Shown here: piece after piece, positions 52,501 through 60,888 of the stretch
Numbering within the stretch: position 1 is the first letter of the stretch
Layout of the letters: every line of letters starts with the position of its first letter
The notes under the pieces: generated by a model
The model's input: only the letters and a program-made list of their open reading frames with translations
Told to the model about the DNA's origin: nothing
Database searches by the model: none
NCBI GenBank assembly: GCA_944390395.1
Contig: CALXPY010000002.1
Coordinates: 1 to 63,419, forward strand
Length of the DNA stretch: 63,419 nt
Source: an uncultured Clostridia bacterium
Lineage (GTDB): Bacteria; Bacillota; Clostridia; TANB77; CAG-508
Direction: 5' to 3'
Made by a program: the position numbers and the translations under genes

Positions 52501-53850
52501 GCAGGAACAGTAGGTACTGTTGCAGATAAAACAGCATTTGGATATGTAAAAAAATATTATGAAGAAAGAGGTATACCAGTAAGTAATGCAGAAGTTGTAA
52601 GACTTTCAGCAGGATGTACAGGTATAAAAAGAACTACAGGACAGCATCCAGGAGGAATTATAGTTGTTCCAAAAGGTAGAGAAATATTTGAATTTACACC
52701 AATTCAACATCCCGCAGATGATCCAAATTCAGATATAATAACAACTCACTTTGATTACCACTCTATAGACCAAAACTTATTAAAACTAGATATATTAGGT
52801 CATGATGATCCTACAATGATAAGAATGTTATATGATTTAACAGGAATTGATCCAACAAAAGTTCCACTTGATGATAAAGAAACAATGTCAATATTTAGTT
52901 CAACAAAAGCATTGGGAGTAACACCAGAACAGATAAGATCAGAAGTAGGTAGCTATGGTATACCAGAGTTTGGAACAAAATTTGTAAGAGGAATGTTAGT
53001 TGATACAAGACCTACAACTTTTGAGGAATTATTAAGAATTTCTGGTCTATCACATGGTACAGATGTGTGGTTAGGAAATGCACAAACACTTATAGAAAAT
53101 GGTACTATAACATTAAGTGAAGCAATTTGTACTAGAGATGACATTATGATTTACTTAATAAAACAAGGCCTACCACCAAAACCAGCATTTAAAATAATGG
53201 AATGTGTTCGTAAAGGAAAAGCTACAAAAGATCCAGAAAAATGGGCAGAATATGAAGCTTTAATGAGAGAACACAATGTACCAGAATGGTATATAGAATC
53301 ATGTAAAAAAATAAAGTACATGTTCCCTAAAGCACATGCTGCAGCGTATGTTACAAATGCATTTAGAATAGCATGGTTTAAAGTTCATAAACCAGAAGCA
53401 TATTATACAGCATTTTTTACAATTAGAGCAGATGAATTTGATAGTGATATAATGTGCCATGGAGTAGAAAAAGTAAAGAATAAAATGAAGGAAATAGAGC
53501 TACAAGGAAATAGTGCTACAACAAAAGATAAAAATATGTATTCAATTTTAGAATTAGTATTAGAAATGTATGAAAGAGGCATAAAATTTTTACCAATAGA
53601 TTTATATGCTTCAGATGCTACTAAATTTAAAATAGAGGAAGGCGGAATTAGACCACCATTGAACAGTATTCCTGGCTTAGGAACTGTAGCAGCAGAAGGT
53701 ATAGAAGCGGCAAAAAAAGATGGAAAATTTATGTCTATAGATGACATGAAAATTAGATCTAAAATAGGAAAGTCAGTTATAGAACTTTTAGATAAAGTAG
53801 GATGCTTAAAAGGAATGAGTCAAAGTAATCAGATGAGCTTATTTGGTTAA
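49516..53850 (+). CDS. polC: DNA polymerase III PolC-type
   Basis: 1444 aa; PHP domain (VELHLHTQMSQMDG), embedded DEDD exonuclease (FCVLDLETTG...AHNADFD...AHRALDD), zinc finger CPNC...CPKC, polymerase core. Confidence 0.97.
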   Translation: MVQTDTKMVKEIFKDFNFNSFELSDAIILNVNLYKKTAKMQLDLQTSKIIKLKELIDFEKYIEDRFFIKQVVITIKYDEEIDVNFQDEWKDLYEYISYKYPLIHALLKNSNLIAQDNKIRIDLVCKGKDVLEARGFDRLIEETIKNIYGKKYKVEFKEDIPENFIEQCQEQAKELEKQAIKLMEQEVKETVKEEKKEIKEVVKEEKVEEVKEEKSPLIYGRSLKIKEQLSKISELSVDSGKVLLDGEILNTDTRELKSGKFLLTFDLYDGSSTITCKAFLEADKKDAIMSKLKGVKGVKVEGTAQFDPFSKELGVISNTIIESTGIKREVRKDEAKIKRVELHLHTQMSQMDGMTAAKDLLKRAVKWGMKSIAITDHGVVQAFPEAHKYLEKDHPDLKVIYGVEAYLAPDNTSAVSFSKNQPLDDTTFCVLDLETTGFSFRTEKITEIGIMKVKNGEVIDEFSCFVNPEKPIPPRVVEVTNITDEMVKDAETIDKVMPKLLEFVGDSVLVAHNADFDIGFLKHNCAELGYKLDNTYVDTLRLAKQLFPTFKKYKLGIIAENLGIKVEVAHRALDDVDTTVKVLNVMFKMLKDKNVVTLDDIENAVGKADYKSLPTYHAIILAKDYVGLKNLYKLISYSHLHYFYKKPRILKSLYKKYSEGLMLGSACEQGEIYRAIIAGKTDEELEEIAADYDYLEIQPLGNNMFMVRNETVASVEELKDINRKIVELGDRLGKPVVATCDVHFMDPEDEIYRRILMAGQGYDDADEQAPLYLRTTEEMLKEFEYLGEEKAYEVVVTNTNKIADMCEKISPISPEKCPPHIEGCEEDIKRIAFDKAHELYGDPLPEIVQSRIDKELDSIIKNGFSVMYIIAQKLVWKSNEDGYIVGSRGSVGSSFAAYLTGITEVNSLQPHYRCPNCKYSDFTDYGYKNGFDLPDKKCPKCGHDLKKDGMDIPFETFLGFDGDKEPDIDLNFSGEYQAKAHKYTEVIFGKGTTFKAGTVGTVADKTAFGYVKKYYEERGIPVSNAEVVRLSAGCTGIKRTTGQHPGGIIVVPKGREIFEFTPIQHPADDPNSDIITTHFDYHSIDQNLLKLDILGHDDPTMIRMLYDLTGIDPTKVPLDDKETMSIFSSTKALGVTPEQIRSEVGSYGIPEFGTKFVRGMLVDTRPTTFEELLRISGLSHGTDVWLGNAQTLIENGTITLSEAICTRDDIMIYLIKQGLPPKPAFKIMECVRKGKATKDPEKWAEYEALMREHNVPEWYIESCKKIKYMFPKAHAAAYVTNAFRIAWFKVHKPEAYYTAFFTIRADEFDSDIMCHGVEKVKNKMKEIELQGNSATTKDKNMYSILELVLEMYERGIKFLPIDLYASDATKFKIEEGGIRPPLNSIPGLGTVAAEGIEAAKKDGKFMSIDDMKIRSKIGKSVIELLDKVGCLKGMSQSNQMSLFG

Positions 53851-53913
53851 TATAAGGTTTGAAAGCAATCTAATTCTTTTTCAAACAGATTTACGTAAGG
53901 GAGTATAAAGAAT

Positions 53914-54216
53914 ATGGAAAATACATTTCAATTAGATTTTTCAAAAATTTTTACAATACAAAATGTAATTATATACATAGTGTTAATAAATATTATTGCA
54001 TTTGGAGCCATGTATTGGGACAAAAAAAGAGCAATTAAAGGAAAATGGAGAATAAAGGAAAATACATTATTGCTTTTAGTTTTATTAGGTGGAGGCATTG
54101 GTGCAATAGCTGGAATGTATACTTTTAGGCATAAAACTAAAAAAATGGCTTTTGTAATAGGCTTTCCATTAATACTAATCTGTCAAATAATACTTATTAT
54201 ATTGTTTTTTATATAA
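53914..54216 (+). CDS. DUF1294-family small membrane protein
   Basis: AMYWDKKRAIKGKWRIKENTLLLLVLLGGGIGAIAGMYTFRHKTKK. Confidence 0.75.
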   Translation: MENTFQLDFSKIFTIQNVIIYIVLINIIAFGAMYWDKKRAIKGKWRIKENTLLLLVLLGGGIGAIAGMYTFRHKTKKMAFVIGFPLILICQIILIILFFI

Positions 54217-54243
54217 TAGGAAATTTTTTCGAAATTCTTATTA
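54214..54243. repeat. Palindromic element copy 1: TAATAGGAAATTTTTTCGAAATTCTTATTA
   Basis: Shares TAGGAAATTT-N5-AAATT(T)CT(A)T with copies at 57021 and 62324. Confidence 0.7.
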
Positions 54244-54302
54244 TATATATAGTTTTGCTAACAAAAGTACATATAATGGAAAAAACAGTAAAATATAAAA
54301 AT

Positions 54303-54341
54303 AAAAAATACAGTATATTTTAAAATATACTGTATTTTTTT
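54303..54341. terminator. Bidirectional-looking terminator
   Basis: AAAAAATACAGTATATT / AATATACTGTATTTTTTT. Confidence 0.8.
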
Positions 54342-54389
54342 GGAAAATAATATGTTACCATAAAACATGTAAAATAAAACTGTTAATAA

Positions 54390-54459
54390 TGTGAATAAAA
54401 AAACACACTATTTATAGTTATTCACAGAGTTATCCACATTATCCACAACCTGTGAATAA
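54390..54459. promoter_or_regulatory. Cluster of five DnaA boxes (two perfect, tandem)
   Basis: TGTGAATAA 54390-54398; TTATTCACA 54418-54426; TTATCCACA 54430-54438; TTATCCACA 54439-54447; TGTGAATAA 54451-54459. Confidence 0.75.
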
Positions 54460-54538
54460 TAATTTTTTGTAAACTACAAAAAATGACAAAACGTGAGTTA
54501 CATAATTTATAATGGAATTATATGGAAAAAGATTAAAA

Positions 54539-54567
54539 TTGATATTTTTATTAAAATATGTTATAAT
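54539..54567 (+). promoter_or_regulatory. Promoter of the helical-repeat gene
   Basis: TTGATA 54539-54544, 17-nt spacer ending TGT, TATAAT 54562-54567. Confidence 0.55.
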
Positions 54568-54635
54568 AAAAAATGGAGTAAGGGTAATATCCCGAGGTCA
54601 GTTACTTAAAAATACATAAAAGGAGTAATAAATTA

Positions 54636-55199
54636 ATGAAAGTAATAATTGATTTAAGAGATTTGGAAAACACCGAAGTACGGGCGTATTTAGCTCGTAA
54701 CCTTAGAGAACAGAAAGCATTAGAAGTGTTGTCGGATGACGAAGCTGACACTGTAAAAATAGCGTTACTGGATAATCCTCATATAAGTAAAGAGATTGTA
54801 CAGTACCTACTAAAAAATAAGTCTGAATGTGTAAGGGCTAAAGCTTTAACACATGAATCAATTGGAAGAGCAGATCTTAGTATAATGACGGCAGATCCAT
54901 CAAATCTTGTTAAAAGGGAACTAGCACAACAAGCTAAAATTGCTAGAAAGGATCTACTTAAATTATTAAGTGAGCCAAATGAGATAATTGTAGCAGCTGC
55001 TGTACAAAATCCTACTATACAGGCAAAAGATTTACTTAAATTGAGTAAACATCCAAGCCTTTTTGTACGTTACAGTGTGCTAAGTATTGCAGTACAAAGA
55101 AAAATGTATGAAGTGGTATTAAATATGTTGGATGATACCGATGATCATTTAAGAGAAGAGGTTGAAAAGGTAATAAAAAGAATCAAATCTCGAAAGTAA
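54636..55199 (+). CDS. Helical-repeat protein (leucine-rich-repeat-variant / HEAT-like)
   Basis: Repeated roughly 24-aa units such as VRAYLARN, VKIALLDNPHISKEIV, VRAKALTH, VKRELAQQ, IVAAAVQNPTIQAKDLLKL, VRYSVLS; visibly more G+C-rich than its neighbours. Confidence 0.5.
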   Translation: MKVIIDLRDLENTEVRAYLARNLREQKALEVLSDDEADTVKIALLDNPHISKEIVQYLLKNKSECVRAKALTHESIGRADLSIMTADPSNLVKRELAQQAKIARKDLLKLLSEPNEIIVAAAVQNPTIQAKDLLKLSKHPSLFVRYSVLSIAVQRKMYEVVLNMLDDTDDHLREEVEKVIKRIKSRK

Positions 55200-55206
55200 C
55201 TTTCAT

Positions 55207-55238
55207 CCCCTGGTTTGTAATAAACCAGGGGAGTTTTA
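55207..55238 (+). terminator. Rho-independent terminator
   Basis: CCCCTGGTTT / AAACCAGGGG perfect stem, then AGTTTTA. Confidence 0.8.
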
Positions 55239-55297
55239 TATATAAGTAAAAATTACTATAAACTTAAAAGGAAATATATGGAAAAACATAAATTGTA

Positions 55298-55326
55298 TTG
55301 ACATTTTACTAAAAACTTGATACACT
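55298..55326 (+). promoter_or_regulatory. Promoter of the glyQS leader
   Basis: TTGACA 55298-55303, 17-nt spacer, TACACT 55321-55326. Confidence 0.55.
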
Positions 55327-55332
55327 ATATAG

Positions 55333-55538
55333 TATGTTGAATATAATGCGCTGAAAAAGAAAAAATATAATTTGCTTATTTAAAGAGAGTTAGTGTATGG
55401 TGAAAACTAATAATAAGTAATATATGGGGAGCTTTGGAGCATATAATAAATAAGGTGGATAAGTAAACTTATCAAATAGGGTGGAACCGCGGAAAAACTT
55501 TCGTCCCTAGCTAAATATAGCTAGAGGACGTTTTTTTT
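55333..55538 (+). promoter_or_regulatory. T-box leader (short glyQS type) controlling glyQS
   Basis: AGAGAG and GGTGAAA stem I elements; T-box AAATAGGGTGGAACCGCGG 55474-55492; terminator CGTCCCTAGC...GCTAGAGGACG 55502-55530 + T8. Confidence 0.88.
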
Positions 55539-55583
55539 AGTTCTTTAGTCTATATCTAAAATAAATTTAAGGAGGTTTTTTAT

Positions 55584-56972
55584 ATGTCAGAAAAAATTAC
55601 AATGGATAAGATTGTGAACTTATGCAAAAGTAGAGGATATATATATCCTGGTTCAGAAATTTATGGAGGATTAGCTAATACATGGGATTATGGACCTTTA
55701 GGAGTAGAATTTAAAAATAATGTAAAAAAAGCATGGTTAAAAAAATTTGTACAAGAGAGTAAATATAATGTGGGGTTGGATGCAGCTATATTAATGAATC
55801 CACAAACATGGGTAGCATCTGGACACGTAGGAGGATTTAGCGATCCATTAATTGATTGTAAAGAATGTAAAACAAGACATAGAGCAGATAAACTTATAGA
55901 AGAATGGATGAAAGAACATGATTGCGTTGAAGTTGTAGATGGATGGCCAGATGAAAAAATGATAGAATATATTGAAAAGAATAATATAGTTTGTCCTAAT
56001 TGTGGAAAACAAAACTTTACTTCTATAAGAAAATTCAATTTAATGTTTAAAACATATCAAGGAGTTACAGAAGATAGTACGAGTGAAATCTATTTAAGAC
56101 CAGAAACAGCACAAGGTATATTTGTTAACTTTAAAAATGTACTTCGTACTACAAGAAGAAAACTTCCTCTTGGTATTGCTCAAGTAGGAAAATCATTCAG
56201 AAATGAGATAACACCAGGAAACTTTACTTTTAGAACTCGTGAATTTGAACAAATGGAATTGGAATTTTTCTGTAAACCTGGAACCGATTTAGAATGGTTT
56301 GAATATTGGAAAGAATTTTGTAAAAACTGGTTATTAAGCCTTGGAATGAAACCAGAAAATATGAGATTAAGAGATCATAGTAAGGAAGAACTTTCTCATT
56401 ACAGTAAAGGAACTACAGATATTGAATTTTTATTCCCATTTGGATGGGGAGAATTATGGGGAATTGCAGACAGAAGTGACTATGATTTATCACAACATGC
56501 AAAATTCTCTAAAGAAGATTTTAATTATCTAGATCCAGATACAGGAGAAAAATATATACCATATTGTGTTGAACCTTCTTTAGGATGTGATAGAGTAGCA
56601 TTAGCATTTTTATGTAATAGTTATGAAGAACAAGAAATTGCAGAAGGAGATACAAGAACAGTTCTACATTTACATCCAACATTAGCACCATATAAAGTAG
56701 CTGTACTACCACTTTCTAAAAAATTAAGTGAAAAAGCAGAAGAAGTATATCAAAAATTATCTAAAAAGTTTATGTGTGATTATGATGAAGCAGGAAGTAT
56801 AGGTAAGAGATATAGAAGAGAAGATGAAATAGGTACACCATATTGTGTAACAATAGATTTTGATACTTTAGAAGATGAAACAGTTACTATAAGAGATAGA
56901 GATACAATGGAGCAAGTAAGAGTAAAAATTGACGACTTAGTAATATGGATTGATAAAAAAATAGAATTTTAA
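55584..56972 (+). CDS. glyQS: Glycyl-tRNA synthetase (class II, homodimeric GlyQS type)
   Basis: [24 protein letters not shown]...[25 protein letters not shown]. Confidence 0.95.
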   Translation: MSEKITMDKIVNLCKSRGYIYPGSEIYGGLANTWDYGPLGVEFKNNVKKAWLKKFVQESKYNVGLDAAILMNPQTWVASGHVGGFSDPLIDCKECKTRHRADKLIEEWMKEHDCVEVVDGWPDEKMIEYIEKNNIVCPNCGKQNFTSIRKFNLMFKTYQGVTEDSTSEIYLRPETAQGIFVNFKNVLRTTRRKLPLGIAQVGKSFRNEITPGNFTFRTREFEQMELEFFCKPGTDLEWFEYWKEFCKNWLLSLGMKPENMRLRDHSKEELSHYSKGTTDIEFLFPFGWGELWGIADRSDYDLSQHAKFSKEDFNYLDPDTGEKYIPYCVEPSLGCDRVALAFLCNSYEEQEIAEGDTRTVLHLHPTLAPYKVAVLPLSKKLSEKAEEVYQKLSKKFMCDYDEAGSIGKRYRREDEIGTPYCVTIDFDTLEDETVTIRDRDTMEQVRVKIDDLVIWIDKKIEF

Positions 56973-56975
56973 ATA

Positions 56976-57012
56976 ATAAGTGCTTACAGCTGTAAGCACT
57001 TATCTGCTTTTT
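56976..57012 (+). terminator. Rho-independent terminator after glyQS
   Basis: ATAAGTGCTTACAGCTGTAAGCACTTAT palindrome, then CTGCTTTTT. Confidence 0.75.
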
Positions 57013-57020
57013 ATAAATGA

Positions 57021-57049
57021 ATAGATTGGAAATTTCTTGTAAATTCTAT
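57021..57049. repeat. Palindromic element copy 2: ATAGATTGGAAATTTCTTGTAAATTCTAT
   Basis: Same GGAAATTT-N5-AAATTCTAT core as copies 1 and 3. Confidence 0.6.
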
Positions 57050-57121
57050 GTGAATTTAATTGAAAAAAATGGTAAAAAAATATATAATTACTTCCATAAA
57101 ATGTAAAAAATGGGAGGTAAT

Positions 57122-58123
57122 ATGCCAAGTATTGGTTATTTATTAAAAAGAGTAAAAGAAATGGATAAGAATGCTATGTTAGAAAAAGTAAATTCTATTC
57201 ATGAAAAAACAGGTCGATCTAGGCTTAATATTATTATGGATATGCAAAAGTGTGCCAGTAAATATGGAGCAGGATATATGGATTATGATCTATTTGAAAT
57301 GTATAACTTAACAGATGAACAAAGAGATACGTATCTTACAAGAGGAAGAAATAATGATTTAGTAACAAAATATTGTGATTTAAATTATTTACACTATTTT
57401 ACACATAAAGATGAATTTAATGAAAAATTTAATAAATATCTAAAAAGAGATTGGATAAAAGTAAATGGAACAAAAAAAGAGGATATATTAGAATTTATGA
57501 GAAAACATGGTGAATTTATGGCAAAACCTATAGAAGGAGGATGCGGAAAGGGTATTGAAAAAATTAATATAAATAGTTATAATAGTTTAGACGAAATATA
57601 TAATTATTTGACAAAAGAAAATGCAAATTATGAATTAGAAGAGGTAATAAAACAACATAAAGAAGTTTCAAAAATTTATCCTGATGCAATTAATACTGTA
57701 AGAGTAGTTACAGTGTTAAAAGATAATAAACCACATATTATATGTACATATTTTAGAATAGGAAATGGAAAAAAATGTGTAGATAATTTTAACAGTGGTG
57801 GAATGGTAGCACCAGTTGATGAAAAAACAGGAATAGTAAGGTCAGTAGCTATAGATAAAAATAAAAATATATATAGTAAACATCCACAAACTAATGAACC
57901 AATAGAAGGTTTTAAATTTCCATATTGGAATGAAGCAATGGAGATGGCAAAAGAAGCGTCTTTAGTAATTCCACAAATGGGATATGTAGGATGGGATGTA
58001 GCTTTTACACCAGAAGGGCCTGTATTTGTAGAAGGAAATGAATTTCCAGGACATGATATTTATCAATTACCAGTTCATACTCCAGATAAAATTGGAATGA
58101 TGCCTAAATTCAGAAATTTGTAG
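57122..58123 (+). CDS. ATP-grasp enzyme (resembles the sugar-transfer-associated ATP-grasp clade)
   Basis: ...AKPIEGGCGKGIEKI..., VNTVRVVT, FRIGNGKKCVDNFNSGGMVAPVD, GWDVAFTPEGPVFVEGNEFPG; ATG 57122 behind GGGAGG. Confidence 0.65.
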   Translation: MPSIGYLLKRVKEMDKNAMLEKVNSIHEKTGRSRLNIIMDMQKCASKYGAGYMDYDLFEMYNLTDEQRDTYLTRGRNNDLVTKYCDLNYLHYFTHKDEFNEKFNKYLKRDWIKVNGTKKEDILEFMRKHGEFMAKPIEGGCGKGIEKININSYNSLDEIYNYLTKENANYELEEVIKQHKEVSKIYPDAINTVRVVTVLKDNKPHIICTYFRIGNGKKCVDNFNSGGMVAPVDEKTGIVRSVAIDKNKNIYSKHPQTNEPIEGFKFPYWNEAMEMAKEASLVIPQMGYVGWDVAFTPEGPVFVEGNEFPGHDIYQLPVHTPDKIGMMPKFRNL

Positions 58124-58138
58124 TAATAATAATAGTAG

Positions 58139-59800
58139 ATGAGGAAGGTAAAAGAATTGGAAAAAAAGAAAAAAAGTTTTTCATTTATGAAAAACGTATT
58201 AATGCTAATGTTTTCGGAAGTAATAGTAAAATTATTGGGGCTTATATATAGATTAGTAATAACAAATGCAGAAGGCTTTGGAGATGCAGGATTAGGATAT
58301 TATTCATCAGGGTATCAAATTTATGCATTATTGCTTACAATTTGTTCTGTTGGAATTCCAAGTGTAGTTTCTAAATTTGTTTCCGAAAGATTAGCAGTTG
58401 GAGATAAATACGGAGCACAAAGAGTATTTAAAATTGCATTAAAATTCTTTGCAAGTTTAGGATTAATATTATCTTTAGCTTTATTCTTTGGAGCAGATTT
58501 TATAGCAACAAATATATTAAATGTTCCAGATGTAAGTTATGTATTAAAGGTGCTATCACCTGCAATAGTGTTTGTAGCAACTTCTGCAATATTTAGAGGA
58601 TATTTTAATGGACAAAATAATATGAAACCATCTAGTATTGCATATACAGTAGAGCAATTTTTTAATTGTGTTTTAACTATTACCTTTGTATATGCTTTAA
58701 TTGGTCAGGATTCTTATATAATGGCGGCTGGAGCTAATTTATCAACAACATTATCAGTTATAATTACATTTATTTACTTTTCTCTATATTATAGAAAGCA
58801 CAAAATTGAGACTGATAAATCAGAAGCTAAGAATTCAATAGACTATGGAAAATCATCTAAAGAAATATTAAAAAAGATCCTTGCATTTTCAATACCTGTT
58901 ACAATAGGTTCAATTATTTCTGTTGTAACATTTACAATAGATACTGCAACAGTAAGTAATTGTATCCAAATAGCTTATAGTGAAACAGTAGAAAGTAAAG
59001 AAGAACTAGAAGAATTAGCAATGGAGAAATCTGGTATTTTATCAAAAGTGGACACATTAGTTAACTTACCAGTAGCTATTAATTTGGCATTTTCAACAGC
59101 TTTAGTTCCAGCAATATCACAAAGCATTGCTCAAAAAGACAAAAAGACTGCTTCGAAAAGGCTTACATTTTCAGTATTTGCTTCAATTGTAATTGTAGTA
59201 CCTTGTGCTTTAGGATTTATAAGTCTAGCAGAACCAATACTGCAATTAATATACCCTTCGGCATCGGAAGGAGCTAATATTTTAAGAATAGCTTCAGTAA
59301 CAATGATTTTAGTGGCAATAAATCAAACAATGAATGGTGGATTATATGGTTTAGGAAAAGCACGTACACCAGCTATTGCATTGGCAGTAGGAGCAACTGT
59401 TAAATTGATATTAAATATGATATTAATAAGCAACCCAAATATTAATATATATGGAGCTTCAATTGGATCTTTGGTTTGCCAAATAATAAATTTTGTAATA
59501 TGCTTTACTGTATTAAATAATTCTATTAAACTAAAGTTAAAACTATCAAATATTATTAAACCTTTGTTAGCTGGAGTTATAATGGGGGCAAGTGTATTTG
59601 GAATAAATATGCTATTAAATAATTACATAAATAGTTCAATTAGTACATTAATTTCAATTGCTTGTGGAGCACTTATTTATGTAATAGCTATATTATTATT
59701 AAAAGCACTAACTAAAGATGATATATTAATGATACCTTATGGTAATAAATTATATGATGTATTAGTTAAAATGAAGATTTATAAAGAAGAAAGAATATAA
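58139..59800 (+). CDS. MOP-superfamily flippase (MurJ/SpoVB/Wzx-like polysaccharide biosynthesis protein)
   Basis: 553 aa, about 14 hydrophobic segments, N-terminal ...KLLGLIYRLVITN...GYYSSGYQIY... pattern typical of SpoVB/MurJ-like proteins. Confidence 0.7.
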   Translation: MRKVKELEKKKKSFSFMKNVLMLMFSEVIVKLLGLIYRLVITNAEGFGDAGLGYYSSGYQIYALLLTICSVGIPSVVSKFVSERLAVGDKYGAQRVFKIALKFFASLGLILSLALFFGADFIATNILNVPDVSYVLKVLSPAIVFVATSAIFRGYFNGQNNMKPSSIAYTVEQFFNCVLTITFVYALIGQDSYIMAAGANLSTTLSVIITFIYFSLYYRKHKIETDKSEAKNSIDYGKSSKEILKKILAFSIPVTIGSIISVVTFTIDTATVSNCIQIAYSETVESKEELEELAMEKSGILSKVDTLVNLPVAINLAFSTALVPAISQSIAQKDKKTASKRLTFSVFASIVIVVPCALGFISLAEPILQLIYPSASEGANILRIASVTMILVAINQTMNGGLYGLGKARTPAIALAVGATVKLILNMILISNPNINIYGASIGSLVCQIINFVICFTVLNNSIKLKLKLSNIIKPLLAGVIMGASVFGINMLLNNYINSSISTLISIACGALIYVIAILLLKALTKDDILMIPYGNKLYDVLVKMKIYKEERI

Positions 59801-59819
59801 TAAATAGGGGAAAGATAAA

Positions 59820-60821
59820 ATGGGAAAAATAAAGTATTTGTCTAAACGTATATTAAGTTTAGATTATAAGAATATGCTAAATATAGCAAAGGGAGTAGCA
59901 AAAAAAGCAAAAAAGAATTATCTTTTTATTTTATTTGATATGGTTATATGTGGAATTAAATATCAAGCTGGATATTATGATTATCAAGAATTTGAATTTT
60001 ATAATTTAAATAAAAAAGAAAGAAAAACATATTTAACCAGAGGAAAGAATAATGAAATTGTAAAAAGATTTAATGATAAATCTAAGTTTTATATATTTGA
60101 TAACAAAGAAGAAATGTATAAAAAATTTGCTAAATTTTTAAAAAGAGATTGGATGATAATTAATAAAGAAAAACTAGAAGAATTTATTAATTTCTTTAAA
60201 AAATATAATGCAATTATAGTTAAACCAGTTGACGGAGAAGGCGGAAAGGGAGTAGAAAAATTTACATATTCAACTGAAGAAGAAGCAAAAAGAATTTTTT
60301 ATAATTTACTAGATAATAATCAAACTTTAGTAGAAGAATGTGTAAAACAACATCATGATATGGACAAGCTATATGAAAAATCTGTAAATACTTTAAGAAT
60401 GTTTACATTTTATAAAAATGGAAAATCGTATTTTTTGCAAGCAATTTTAAAAATTGGAAATGGTGGAGTAGTAGATAATTTCTCTAGCGGTGGAATGTAC
60501 ACATACGTAAATGAAGCAGGATATGTTTTCGTAGAAGCAATAGACAGAAATGATAATATTTACTATGAACATCCAATAAGTAAGCAAAAAATAGTAGGAT
60601 TTAAAATACCATTATTTAACGAAGCTGTTGAAATGGTAAAAGAAGCTGCTAAAGTAGTACCAGAAGTGGGTTATATAGGATGGGACGTTGCTATAACTGA
60701 AAAAGGTCCATTAATTATAGAGGGAAATTGCTTCCCGGGGGTTTTTCAAGTAAAGCCAAGCTTATCTAAAAATAAAGAAGGTATTATTCCAAAGTATAAT
60801 GAAGTAATGCACATTTTCTAA
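59820..60821 (+). CDS. ATP-grasp enzyme, paralog of 57122-58123
   Basis: Aligns by eye over its full length with the first copy: YLTRGKNNEIV, VKPVDGEGGKGVEKF, KIGNGGVVDNFSSGGMYTYV, GWDVAITEKGPLIIEGNCFPG. Confidence 0.65.
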   Translation: MGKIKYLSKRILSLDYKNMLNIAKGVAKKAKKNYLFILFDMVICGIKYQAGYYDYQEFEFYNLNKKERKTYLTRGKNNEIVKRFNDKSKFYIFDNKEEMYKKFAKFLKRDWMIINKEKLEEFINFFKKYNAIIVKPVDGEGGKGVEKFTYSTEEEAKRIFYNLLDNNQTLVEECVKQHHDMDKLYEKSVNTLRMFTFYKNGKSYFLQAILKIGNGGVVDNFSSGGMYTYVNEAGYVFVEAIDRNDNIYYEHPISKQKIVGFKIPLFNEAVEMVKEAAKVVPEVGYIGWDVAITEKGPLIIEGNCFPGVFQVKPSLSKNKEGIIPKYNEVMHIF

Positions 60822-60888
60822 AAATTGATGAATTATAATTGAATCTGTTAAATCAAGTTTATATTTAAAGAAAGGGATAGAGTAAAAA

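Noticed and set aside
54390-54635. Chromosomal replication origin (oriC)
   Set aside because: No dnaA, dnaN or rpmH is adjacent. I could not identify a clear DnaA-trio or 13-mer DUE array next to the boxes. Gene orientation on both sides is the same (+), so there is no strand-bias switch. I kept it as a DnaA-box cluster of unknown role.
60822-60888. Expected SAM (S-box) riboswitch upstream of metK
   Set aside because: The spacer is only 67 nt and lacks the conserved S-box helices and GC-rich junction. metK appears to be transcribed without a riboswitch, or by read-through from the ATP-grasp cassette.
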